IMG/VR virus record: IMGVR_UViG_3300032225_000329
Span: 342-64,341 of that record
DNA from: a virus
Taxonomy: Duplodnaviria > Caudoviricetes
Reading direction: 5' to 3' (one strand)
DNA: 64,000 nucleotides
Made by a program: the position numbers and the translations under genes. Position 1 is the stretch's first letter. Each line of letters opens with the position of its first letter. This document shows positions 53,055 to 60,462 of this stretch, one piece after another. The notes beneath the pieces were generated by a model. The model ran no database searches. It worked only from the letters and a program-made list of their open reading frames with translations, and had not been told where the DNA came from.

Positions 53055-54547
53055 TATTTGTATCCTTTCATTATTCCACCACGCTTAGCTGGAGTAGGAG
53101 TTTGTTGTAACGCTGCTATTTGGTTTTGTTTTTCAAGACCTATGCCGCGTTGTGCTTCTATCTGTTGAGGCGATAACTGAAACGGTTGTTGTACTGGCGG
53201 CATCTGAAAAGGCTGTTGTGGTGGCATTTGTTGGTACATATTAGGATACATCTCTTGCGCCGCTCTAAACTGCCCCTGCATAGCTGCTATTTGCCCCGGT
53301 GACATCTGGGGTTGTTGCATACCAAGAATGCCGTTCTGCCCACCGCTTGCGTCAATCATAGTCGTTTGTGATTCTTGACTAGTTGGCGACTGATACATAC
53401 CAGCAGGAGGGGGCATGTTCTGCCCTAATAAATCGTACACCTGATTATAAGTCTGTTGCTGACGCATTTTAGCTAGATTGCCCATCTGCGTACGCATCTC
53501 AGCAAGTCTAGCCTGTTCTTCTTGTTTGGCTTGTAACGCCGCTTGCTGCTGCGCCATCTGCTGGTCATACGCTTGTTGCTGAGCTTCAGCGCGCTGCTGC
53601 GCTTCTTGTAAAGCCTGTTGAATTATTGGCGCTTGCTGTTCTTGCTGTTGTTTACCAAGAGCGCCTTGTCCTACACCTGTTAATTTTTCTAACGCGGCTT
53701 TAGCTTCGTTTCTTTTTGCCTCGTTTACGTCATACCCACCTAGACCCGATAATCCGTTTTTACCTTGTATGTTTACAGGTAAGTTAGCCTGTTTCTGTAA
53801 CGCGTCATACTGCGCTTGCTGAGCTGGTGTAAAGCCACGGTCGTTAATCTGGTTAGCAGCTTTTTCTTTAGCGGCTTTATCTGATTCGGCTTTTTCCGCA
53901 GCAACACGTTTAGCTTCGTCAGCCGCGCGCGCACTTTCCTCGGCGATGGACTTATTTATATCTGTACTAGTATTCTTTTTAGACGCGTCAATCTCTTTTA
54001 GCTGATTAGCTATATCCGCCATCTGATTGTCGTAGTCTTTTTTATACTGCGCAATCTCGTTATTACGATCTGCTATGTTATTTTTCTGGTTGTTAGCGTT
54101 GTCGTTCTTGGCGTTGTTCCAATCGTTTTGTATATTCTTAAGAGTTTCTGCGCGGCTTTGTTTCCACTCATTTAGTTCTCGTGTTCTGTCCGCTTTCCAC
54201 TCATTCAACTCGCGCTGTTTGTTAGCTTTTTCTTCTTTGTCTTGAGTAGAATTAATGTCGCGCTGACGTTCGTTTGTTTCGTTCGTTATGTCTTTCTGAC
54301 GCTGCGCTAACTCATTATTAGTATCTTTATTGTGGTCAGAAATTTTACTAGTGTACTCAGCATTGAGGTTCTTTAGATCATTTGCAAAGTTTTTATTGGC
54401 TTCGTCGATGTCTTTTTTACGGTCAGCATTCCACTGGTTAAATTCTTTTAACCTGCCTGCTTTACCGGAATTCAGCTCTTTGATTTTGTTTTCAAAATCG
54501 GCAAGCTGATCCTTAAGCTGCTGTTTAAGTTCGTCGACCGAAGCCAT
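53054..54547 (-). CDS. Coiled-coil/low-complexity protein ending in a GG motif
   Basis: Start placed at MASVDEL (54547); 11-residue repeats, Q/M/P-rich tail, C-terminal AKRGGIMKGYK. Confidence 0.75.
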   Translation of the reverse strand: MASVDELKQQLKDQLADFENKIKELNSGKAGRLKEFNQWNADRKKDIDEANKNFANDLKNLNAEYTSKISDHNKDTNNELAQRQKDITNETNERQRDINSTQDKEEKANKQRELNEWKADRTRELNEWKQSRAETLKNIQNDWNNAKNDNANNQKNNIADRNNEIAQYKKDYDNQMADIANQLKEIDASKKNTSTDINKSIAEESARAADEAKRVAAEKAESDKAAKEKAANQINDRGFTPAQQAQYDALQKQANLPVNIQGKNGLSGLGGYDVNEAKRNEAKAALEKLTGVGQGALGKQQQEQQAPIIQQALQEAQQRAEAQQQAYDQQMAQQQAALQAKQEEQARLAEMRTQMGNLAKMRQQQTYNQVYDLLGQNMPPPAGMYQSPTSQESQTTMIDASGGQNGILGMQQPQMSPGQIAAMQGQFRAAQEMYPNMYQQMPPQQPFQMPPVQQPFQLSPQQIEAQRGIGLEKQNQIAALQQTPTPAKRGGIMKGYK

Positions 54548-54549
54548 TC

Positions 54550-54846
54550 TTATGCCCTTGTTTTGCCACGAATGCAACAGCCATCAGCGCGAGCTGAAGC
54601 TGATTTAATTGAACCGCCTTTAGCTTTCTTTTTTGCGGGCTGACCCGGCTGACCCGGTTGTGCGGAACCCATGTCATCATTAACAGGCGGTTTTACACCT
54701 TCTCTAAAAACTTCAAGTAGTCTTCTACCTTTGTCGTTGCGTGGGGGCGCAACTATTTCTTTCGCCATTTCATCGCGTCTTTTACGCATGTCTTCGCGTT
54801 CTTCTGGCGTTAAAACTGATTCAACTGAATCTTTCTTAGTAGCCAT
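54550..54846 (-). CDS. Small protein with C-terminal RADG..RGKT motif
   Basis: AKGGSIKSASARADGCCIRGKTRA. Confidence 0.8.
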   Translation of the reverse strand: MATKKDSVESVLTPEEREDMRKRRDEMAKEIVAPPRNDKGRRLLEVFREGVKPPVNDDMGSAQPGQPGQPAKKKAKGGSIKSASARADGCCIRGKTRA

Positions 54847-55805
54847 TAGTAAATCTTCCCTTTAGTCTTACCACGCATAGCAATACCATCCGCACGTTTA
54901 GACGCTGAAGAGACGGAACCGCCTTTTTTCATGCCGTATTTTTTCTGATTTTCACGCGCAGATTTTTCTTCATCTCGACGTTGCGCGGGGGATTTAATAT
55001 TTTTTGAAAGAAATTCTCCTACAGATTTAGCGCCTTCAGAAATAGTTTCGCCTAAGTCTTTTAACGGACGGCGGTCATCTGGGGTTTTTTCTTTTATCTT
55101 ACCGCTAAAATCGCGGTAATACTCTTTCTTCTTGGCGGCAGGTGCTGAAGTCTTAGCCTCTTCTTTATTCTTCTTTAACTGCGCAGCGGCTTCTTCTTCC
55201 ATACGCTTACCACGGTCAGCTTCAGCTTTTTCTTCGTCGCTAATTTTCCTAGGAGCAGAATAAGGTGTTGGTTTTGATTTACGCTCAGATTTGCCCGGCA
55301 AAGGTTTAGGTTCTTCTTTTTTAACAGAAGGTTTAGCGGGCGCTGGTTTTACGTCTTCGCCAATATCTTTCTTAGGAAGAGTAGACTCCGGCTGAGTTTT
55401 TCTTTTGTCATTTGGGCCGGGGTAAACATTTTCTTCTTTGCGTTTTTCTTTTTTAGGTAGCGTAGTCTTCTCTACTTTGTAAGGAGCGTCTTCTTCGCTT
55501 ACAGTAGTTGTACCTTTGTTGGTGCTGTAATCAGAAATTTTACGGCGTGGTTCTTCTGCGGCGGCTTTAGGTGTGGCTACACGCTCAACATCTGAATCGT
55601 AGTCGTAAGCTTCTTCATCTTTAGCTTTTGGCTTACCGCCAAACAAACCAGACAGCTTGTCTTTAACTTCGTCAAACGTATATTCTTTTGTTTTAGGCAT
55701 GTAACGACCATACCCAGCTTTATTATCTGCCGCAATTTCGTCGTCACTGCGCGTACGTACTACGCTGCCTTCATCACCGGCAAATTTTCTAATTTTACGC
55801 TTCAT
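54846..55805 (-). CDS. Charged low-complexity protein with C-terminal RADG..RGKT motif
   Basis: MKKGGSVSSASKRADGIAMRGKTKGKIY. Confidence 0.8.
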   Translation of the reverse strand: MKRKIRKFAGDEGSVVRTRSDDEIAADNKAGYGRYMPKTKEYTFDEVKDKLSGLFGGKPKAKDEEAYDYDSDVERVATPKAAAEEPRRKISDYSTNKGTTTVSEEDAPYKVEKTTLPKKEKRKEENVYPGPNDKRKTQPESTLPKKDIGEDVKPAPAKPSVKKEEPKPLPGKSERKSKPTPYSAPRKISDEEKAEADRGKRMEEEAAAQLKKNKEEAKTSAPAAKKKEYYRDFSGKIKEKTPDDRRPLKDLGETISEGAKSVGEFLSKNIKSPAQRRDEEKSARENQKKYGMKKGGSVSSASKRADGIAMRGKTKGKIY

Positions 55806-55993
55806 GGTTTGTCCTTAAAGAGTTTGATCGCTGCCTTGACAGTATCAGTCTCAAAAATGCGTATGCTCAACCAAACTATAGTAAGCAAGCCGCCAACTAA
55901 AGCAACAATAGGGGGGAACCATGACATGAAGCCACTCACCCCTACAACGACAGCCGCGCCGTCAGTCATTACTTTGATGTCGTGATTATTCAT
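55802..55993 (-). CDS. Small membrane protein, holin-like
   Basis: Two hydrophobic segments followed by IRIFETDTVK. Confidence 0.6.
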   Translation of the reverse strand: MNNHDIKVMTDGAAVVVGVSGFMSWFPPIVALVGGLLTIVWLSIRIFETDTVKAAIKLFKDKP

Positions 55994-55994
55994 G

Positions 55995-56249
55995 TCAACA
56001 CTTCCATGCTCTAAGAGATTTGTTAATACGACTGTTCGGGTCGTTCGCTGTCTTTGGAGAAGTCAGCTTCTTCTTCATGCCTGTCATGCGCGCGCAGAAG
56101 GAATCCTTGCGGGAGCCGCCCTCTGGTTGTGGAGCTTTCAACCCCGGTTTCCCGGGGTTTGCCTTGTTGTAGGAGGCTCGGCCTTTGGCGTTCAAACCGC
56201 CCTTCTCGGATTTGCCTTCCTTGCGTTGCCATGCTGGTGACTTAGCCAT
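55995..56249 (-). CDS. Small basic conserved protein (DUF6321-like)
   Basis: MAKSPAWQRKEGK..GGLNAKGRASY...RKDSFCARM...SRINKSLRAWKC. Confidence 0.75.
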   Translation of the reverse strand: MAKSPAWQRKEGKSEKGGLNAKGRASYNKANPGKPGLKAPQPEGGSRKDSFCARMTGMKKKLTSPKTANDPNSRINKSLRAWKC

Positions 56250-56763
56250 AGAACACTGTTGCAACTGTAATGTTAGTCATATAGGCGTACGTAGTTAATG
56301 CGCTACGAATACCTTCGCCGGGTAACAAAAAGTAGTTCTGGTACGTGTCCCCAGCAACAGTCTCAAACGTAACAAGCCAAGAAGCCAAATTACCACTTAC
56401 ATAAGCACAAGCTGGGGTGCCCGTAATAGTAAGAGAGTTTGGGCTAGTCACAGTAAAAGTATTGTCGGTTAACTTAGTAATTATGTAATTACCGGGAAAA
56501 CCAGCGCCGCCCGTACCGTCAGTAAAAGTAATGCCAACTCTATCACCTGTACTTAACCCGTGAGAGGATTTTGTAACAGTAATAGTTGTCCCAGATTGCG
56601 CATAAGTCCCCGTTACGGGGGCAGTTGTCGTGCTAAAAAAATCAATCTGCCCCGCAGAAGCACCGCCCCTAATAGAAATGGATTTAATCCGCGACGGAGA
56701 CTGTGGAACAATAAAGCCACTTTGATGTAAATGACCGCTTAGAACGTCTGTTTGCATGGTCAT
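56242..56763 (-). CDS. Virion structural protein
   Basis: MTMQTDV, TITVTKSSHGLSTGD beta insert, LLPGEGI, TVFYG. Confidence 0.75.
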   Translation of the reverse strand: MTMQTDVLSGHLHQSGFIVPQSPSRIKSISIRGGASAGQIDFFSTTTAPVTGTYAQSGTTITVTKSSHGLSTGDRVGITFTDGTGGAGFPGNYIITKLTDNTFTVTSPNSLTITGTPACAYVSGNLASWLVTFETVAGDTYQNYFLLPGEGIRSALTTYAYMTNITVATVFYG

Positions 56764-56775
56764 AACGACCTCCTA

Positions 56776-57231
56776 TTAGACGTTTTGCTGACCGTACAAC
56801 GGATCGACGACGAAGTAAGTGAGGTAGCCACCAACAGTGCCAGCGCCAGAAGTATCAATAGTCACAGTTACGTAGCTTAATTCGCTAATAGCTGTGAGTG
56901 TCAGACCGCTAGTAATAACGCCAAGCGAAGATACAGTTAAGTTATTAGCAATAGACGCGCCAGTAGCTGTACCAGAAACTACGCCTAAAGTGCCAAGGTC
57001 GATAGAACCTGTACCTGCATCGTTAATAACTACGCCGGTAACAACAGCACCTGCTGGGAGAACTAAATAAGTAGTGAGTAGTGTTGAGTCAACAGCTACT
57101 TTAGTGGCGGTAGCAACGGATGCATCAGCGATATAAAACTCTGCTGCCATCATGCCTGAACCGCAATACGACGTACGAGTTTGATCGCCGCCGCCAGAAC
57201 GCCAAATACTTTGGGTGGTAGAAACTGCCAT
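56776..57231 (-). CDS. Putative capsid decoration/cement protein
   Basis: 151 aa beta-rich, LPAGAVV; first gene of the second late operon. Confidence 0.6.
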   Translation of the reverse strand: MAVSTTQSIWRSGGGDQTRTSYCGSGMMAAEFYIADASVATATKVAVDSTLLTTYLVLPAGAVVTGVVINDAGTGSIDLGTLGVVSGTATGASIANNLTVSSLGVITSGLTLTAISELSYVTVTIDTSGAGTVGGYLTYFVVDPLYGQQNV

Positions 57232-57240
57232 GATAAATTG

Positions 57241-57317
57241 TCCTCACATGCGAGTTAAGTGCGACGATATGCATGTAACAGGCCGGGGCCATTCGTACGC
57301 ACCGGATTTCCCGGAAT
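57241..57317 (-). ncRNA. Candidate double-pseudoknot cis-regulatory leader
   Basis: Three crossing helices (order A-B-A'-C-B'-C'); the last abuts the GAGGA SD. Confidence 0.55.
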
Positions 57318-57323
57318 ATTAGT

Positions 57324-57351
57324 GTTATAACATAACCGTAAAAAAATGCAA
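57324..57351 (-). promoter_or_regulatory. Minus-strand promoter TTGCAT-N12-ATGTTATAAC
   Basis: Same architecture as 3630-3657. Confidence 0.7.
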
Positions 57352-57367
57352 GTATACTCTTAGCATT

Positions 57368-57769
57368 ATGCCAGCTAAAGACAAAGAACGCCGAAATGCT
57401 ATAAATCGGGCGTCCTATACTCGAAATAAAGAGCATCGGCAAAAAAAGGGTCGAGAGAGTAAAGCATTAGCTAAAGAAAAATGGAAAGCATTTAAAAGTA
57501 CATTATCGTGTGTACAGTGTGGACAAAGCCATCCCGCTACTCTAGACTTCCATCATATTGAAAGGCACCCTTCCAACCGTAAAGTTAATAAGTTATTAAC
57601 TAATAAAGCTTATCTACAAGCAATGGAAGAAACAAAAAGATGTATGGTTTTATGTAGTAATTGCCACCGAATACATCATCACAATGAGCGCCAAGAAAAA
57701 AAGAAAAAGGAGGCCGAAGCCTCCTTAAATCATACTACTTCAACCCACTCATCTGACTCTTCGTCGTAG
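57368..57769 (+). CDS. HNH endonuclease
   Basis: CVQCG...LDFHH...CMVLCSNCHRIHH; opposite strand to its neighbours. Confidence 0.88.
   Translation: MPAKDKERRNAINRASYTRNKEHRQKKGRESKALAKEKWKAFKSTLSCVQCGQSHPATLDFHHIERHPSNRKVNKLLTNKAYLQAMEETKRCMVLCSNCHRIHHHNERQEKKKKEAEASLNHTTSTHSSDSSS
57698..57726 (-). terminator. Intrinsic terminator (minus strand)
   Basis: AAGGAGGC-TTCG-GCCTCC-TTTTTCTTTTTTT, just after the stop of the acidic gene. Confidence 0.88.
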
Positions 57770-58020
57770 TAGTAAACGACTTCATCTTCGTCAACATACC
57801 AAACAGTGCCGTCTTCAGTAACTTCAGCCCAATCACCCAAGTCGTCATCAAAGTAATAGTCAACGTCTTCTTCTTCGTCGTAAAACCAAATAACGCCATC
57901 TTCGTCGATATCAAGTTCTAAATCATATTCTTCGTCTAACTCTTCGTCTTCAACCAATTCTAAGTCCAACGAATCCAACAAATCATCAAGGTCAAACGCC
58001 ATAGTAACAGTTACAATCAT
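57730..58020 (-). CDS. Extremely acidic small protein with aromatic repeats
   Basis: GGAG SD before ATG 58020; 42 of the last 90 residues are D/E, with no K/R/H. Confidence 0.75.
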   Translation of the reverse strand: MIVTVTMAFDLDDLLDSLDLELVEDEELDEEYDLELDIDEDGVIWFYDEEEDVDYYFDDDLGDWAEVTEDGTVWYVDEDEVVYYYDEESDEWVEVV

Positions 58021-58102
58021 GATAATCTCCGTAGTCAAATTAGCAACCTCGCCCGGCTGCAAAAACTATCCTACACCACGATTATGACAAATCAAAAACG
58101 AG

Positions 58103-58324
58103 TCACATGCGCTCAAATGACTCATAAATGAGCAATTGGCGTTTTAATTTTTGTATTTCTTCGTCGCGCTCGTTTAATTTTTTTTGCAGATGTTCACTTA
58201 AGGCGTAAGCTTCTGCAATTTTTTCAAACCGTTGTTTATGATCGGAGAGCATCATGTTGTACAAACGCTCTGAAGCCTCAATTTGTTTCTGCATAAAATC
58301 GTGCATAGACACTTTCAATTGCAT
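58103..58324 (-). CDS. Small coiled-coil hypothetical protein
   Basis: 73 aa, heptad-like C-terminus. Confidence 0.6.
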   Translation of the reverse strand: MQLKVSMHDFMQKQIEASERLYNMMLSDHKQRFEKIAEAYALSEHLQKKLNERDEEIQKLKRQLLIYESFERM

Positions 58325-58353
58325 AAAAATAATATTGATTGCATAAAAACGAT

Positions 58354-58379
58354 AAAAAAGGGGGCCAAAGCCCCCTTTT
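58354..58379. terminator. Terminator after the major capsid gene (probably bidirectional)
   Basis: Minus strand AAAAGGGGGC-TTTG-GCCCCCTTTTTT. Confidence 0.88.
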
Positions 58380-58381
58380 AT

Positions 58382-59290
58382 TTAAGCACCAGCCGAGCCG
58401 TACATGCCCAGTGGATCAGACCAACCGAACGAATAACGCTCACGAGCCTTGTAACGTACGTTACCGGTATCGAAGTCGCCGTCCATCGAGTTAGCCAAAG
58501 GCGAACGAACAAAGTGCTTCATGCCGTTTGGAACGTCAGTGGTCAAGAACCATGCGTTTGTGTCGGTCAAGAAGTGATTGATCGTATAGCCTTCAGGGAT
58601 CGAACCGTTGTTCTTCAATGCGTTGATGTCGTTATCGTTAGTGCCGACGCGGAGTTCGGTTTCCAACAAGCGAGTAGCAACGAACTGGAGAGCTGGTGGA
58701 ACAATCAGCTTTTTAGGTTTAGCAGCGATCAACAGACCACGTTCATCTGTCCAAGCAGCGATTTGAATTACAGCGTTTTCCAACGAAGTTTCATTCAAGT
58801 CAGCGGCAGTTGTAGGGATGTTGCTGTTGAAACCACCAGAAACAAGCGGATGCGAAGCCGAGAACAGAGCTACGTTATCGCCACCCGGATAGGATGAGGA
58901 GAAGCCGTTGTTCAAGACGTTTGCAGCTTTAACTTGTTTAGTGTACGACATAGCACGAGCCAAAGCTTTGGTGTAACGAGCAGACAAACTGTCGTACAAG
59001 TTGTCTTCGATGGCCTCTTCGGTCAGCGAGAAACCCAAAGCAATAGTTTCGTGGTTGTATCGTGCTGTCCAAGCTTCTTGTGCGTTGTCGTAACGAATTG
59101 CACTACCTTCGTTTTTGACAGGCGCAGCGCTGAAACCTGAAAGTTTAGTTTCTTCTTCAAAAGAACGCTCAGAGGTTTCAGTTTCGTAAATCTCTTTGTG
59201 TTCTTCACCGTAACGAGCGTACTCCATACCAAACAATGCGTTCAGTCCGGGGAGCAGCTCTTTCAGTAGTTGTGCGCGTGAAATAGCCAT
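58382..59290 (-). CDS. Major capsid protein
   Basis: MAISRAQLLKELLPGLNALFG, FEEETKLSGF, KPKKLIVPP, RERYSFGWSDP; follows the scaffold, ends in a strong terminator. Confidence 0.88.
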   Translation of the reverse strand: MAISRAQLLKELLPGLNALFGMEYARYGEEHKEIYETETSERSFEEETKLSGFSAAPVKNEGSAIRYDNAQEAWTARYNHETIALGFSLTEEAIEDNLYDSLSARYTKALARAMSYTKQVKAANVLNNGFSSSYPGGDNVALFSASHPLVSGGFNSNIPTTAADLNETSLENAVIQIAAWTDERGLLIAAKPKKLIVPPALQFVATRLLETELRVGTNDNDINALKNNGSIPEGYTINHFLTDTNAWFLTTDVPNGMKHFVRSPLANSMDGDFDTGNVRYKARERYSFGWSDPLGMYGSAGA

Positions 59291-59301
59291 TTAAATGCTC
59301 C

Positions 59302-59994
59302 TTATACGCCGGTTGGGTTGAGGTACTGGTGACCGCCTGTCATTACAGTTGTTACTGTAACTGGAGGGCCAGCGCTATATGTCGAAACCGCATACGGGGC
59401 GTTGAATTTGCAAATAAACTCGCAGAAATTACCCGAAGTATTAGCAGTTTCAGTCACTACGTCAACGATGCGAATAGGCAACGAAGCTGTAGTTGTACCA
59501 CCAGCGGCGCTATAAATAGCCACTTTTGAGTCGCCAGATAAAGTTGAGCCAGCGTTCTGAACGAGTTCAGCGTTGGAACCAACCATTGTTTGACCCAAGA
59601 AAGCTACTGTCAAACCGTTGCCGTCTTCGGTGTTACCCGCAGCCAGAACAGCTTTAAACAGAACGTCAGGATCATCAGCGACGTAAGCGTAAATATCAGT
59701 AGCCGAAACGCTTGCAGGCCAGTATTGGCTCCAAGTTTTTTGACTATTGGTTGGGTTTGTGTAAACGCAACCGAGGAAAATACCAACAGGTGTAGCTGTC
59801 GTTTCGCCAACGTCTTTCTCAACAGTACCAGCAGCTACAAGCTTAACTACGTCGCCGTAGAAAATGTTTGTGCCATAGCTATTAGTTACTTTGAGTAGAC
59901 GAGTCGAACCGGCAAACACCTGACCACCGATCAAATTGATCGGACGTAGCCCGTAAGGGGCAGCTACTGTCGGGAAGGGACTAGTCTGTGCCAT
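59302..59994 (-). CDS. Capsid-associated/decoration protein
   Basis: APYGLRPINLIGG, IFYGDVVKL, VADDPDVLF; directly upstream of the MCP. Confidence 0.65.
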   Translation of the reverse strand: MAQTSPFPTVAAPYGLRPINLIGGQVFAGSTRLLKVTNSYGTNIFYGDVVKLVAAGTVEKDVGETTATPVGIFLGCVYTNPTNSQKTWSQYWPASVSATDIYAYVADDPDVLFKAVLAAGNTEDGNGLTVAFLGQTMVGSNAELVQNAGSTLSGDSKVAIYSAAGGTTTASLPIRIVDVVTETANTSGNFCEFICKFNAPYAVSTYSAGPPVTVTTVMTGGHQYLNPTGV

Positions 59995-60015
59995 GATTAA
60001 ACTCCAAAGTTAAAA

Positions 60016-60462
60016 TTATCCTTTACCAAACGACGTTTTAGATTGTCTCTCAGAAAATAGAGGCATCCTAGGGTCGTTCTCTCTCATAAAACTATTGTCG
60101 ATTGCAAGGGTCTGCGCCTGAGTCTGGTTGTTGTAGTAGTCACTTCGCTGCTCAACAAATTCCGAGGGCGTCTTACAAAGCAATAATCCACCGATCTCGA
60201 TATTGTCCTTAAAGCGACTAGCCGGATCGATTAGCAGTTGAAATTTAGGTTGTTCCGATACTTTTACTGGTTCCCAACCTTCACGAAGCTTGCCTGACAA
60301 GTTACGGGGGTCGGCTTGATTCAAAGTCGAAACACGAATCCACCTATACGCAAAACCCGGTTGTTTATCCGGTTCTGGAAGCGTTTCCGCTGGTGCCCAC
60401 TGCTTGGGGCGCTCCAACTGCGCACGGGTTTCTAATTCACGAGTTAGTCTATTATCAGCCAT
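60016..60462 (-). CDS. Conserved head-module protein
   Basis: PGFAYRWIRVS...KLREGWEPV...GGLLLCK. Confidence 0.75.
   Translation of the reverse strand: MADNRLTRELETRAQLERPKQWAPAETLPEPDKQPGFAYRWIRVSTLNQADPRNLSGKLREGWEPVKVSEQPKFQLLIDPASRFKDNIEIGGLLLCKTPSEFVEQRSDYYNNQTQAQTLAIDNSFMRENDPRMPLFSERQSKTSFGKG

Noticed and set aside
58283-58897. 204-aa plus-strand ORF and other long antisense ORFs (e.g. 17064-17627 alternative frame, 23458-23961, 48271-48693)
   Set aside because: They overlap well-supported genes, lack SD or recognisable motifs, and are explained by codon bias of the real gene.
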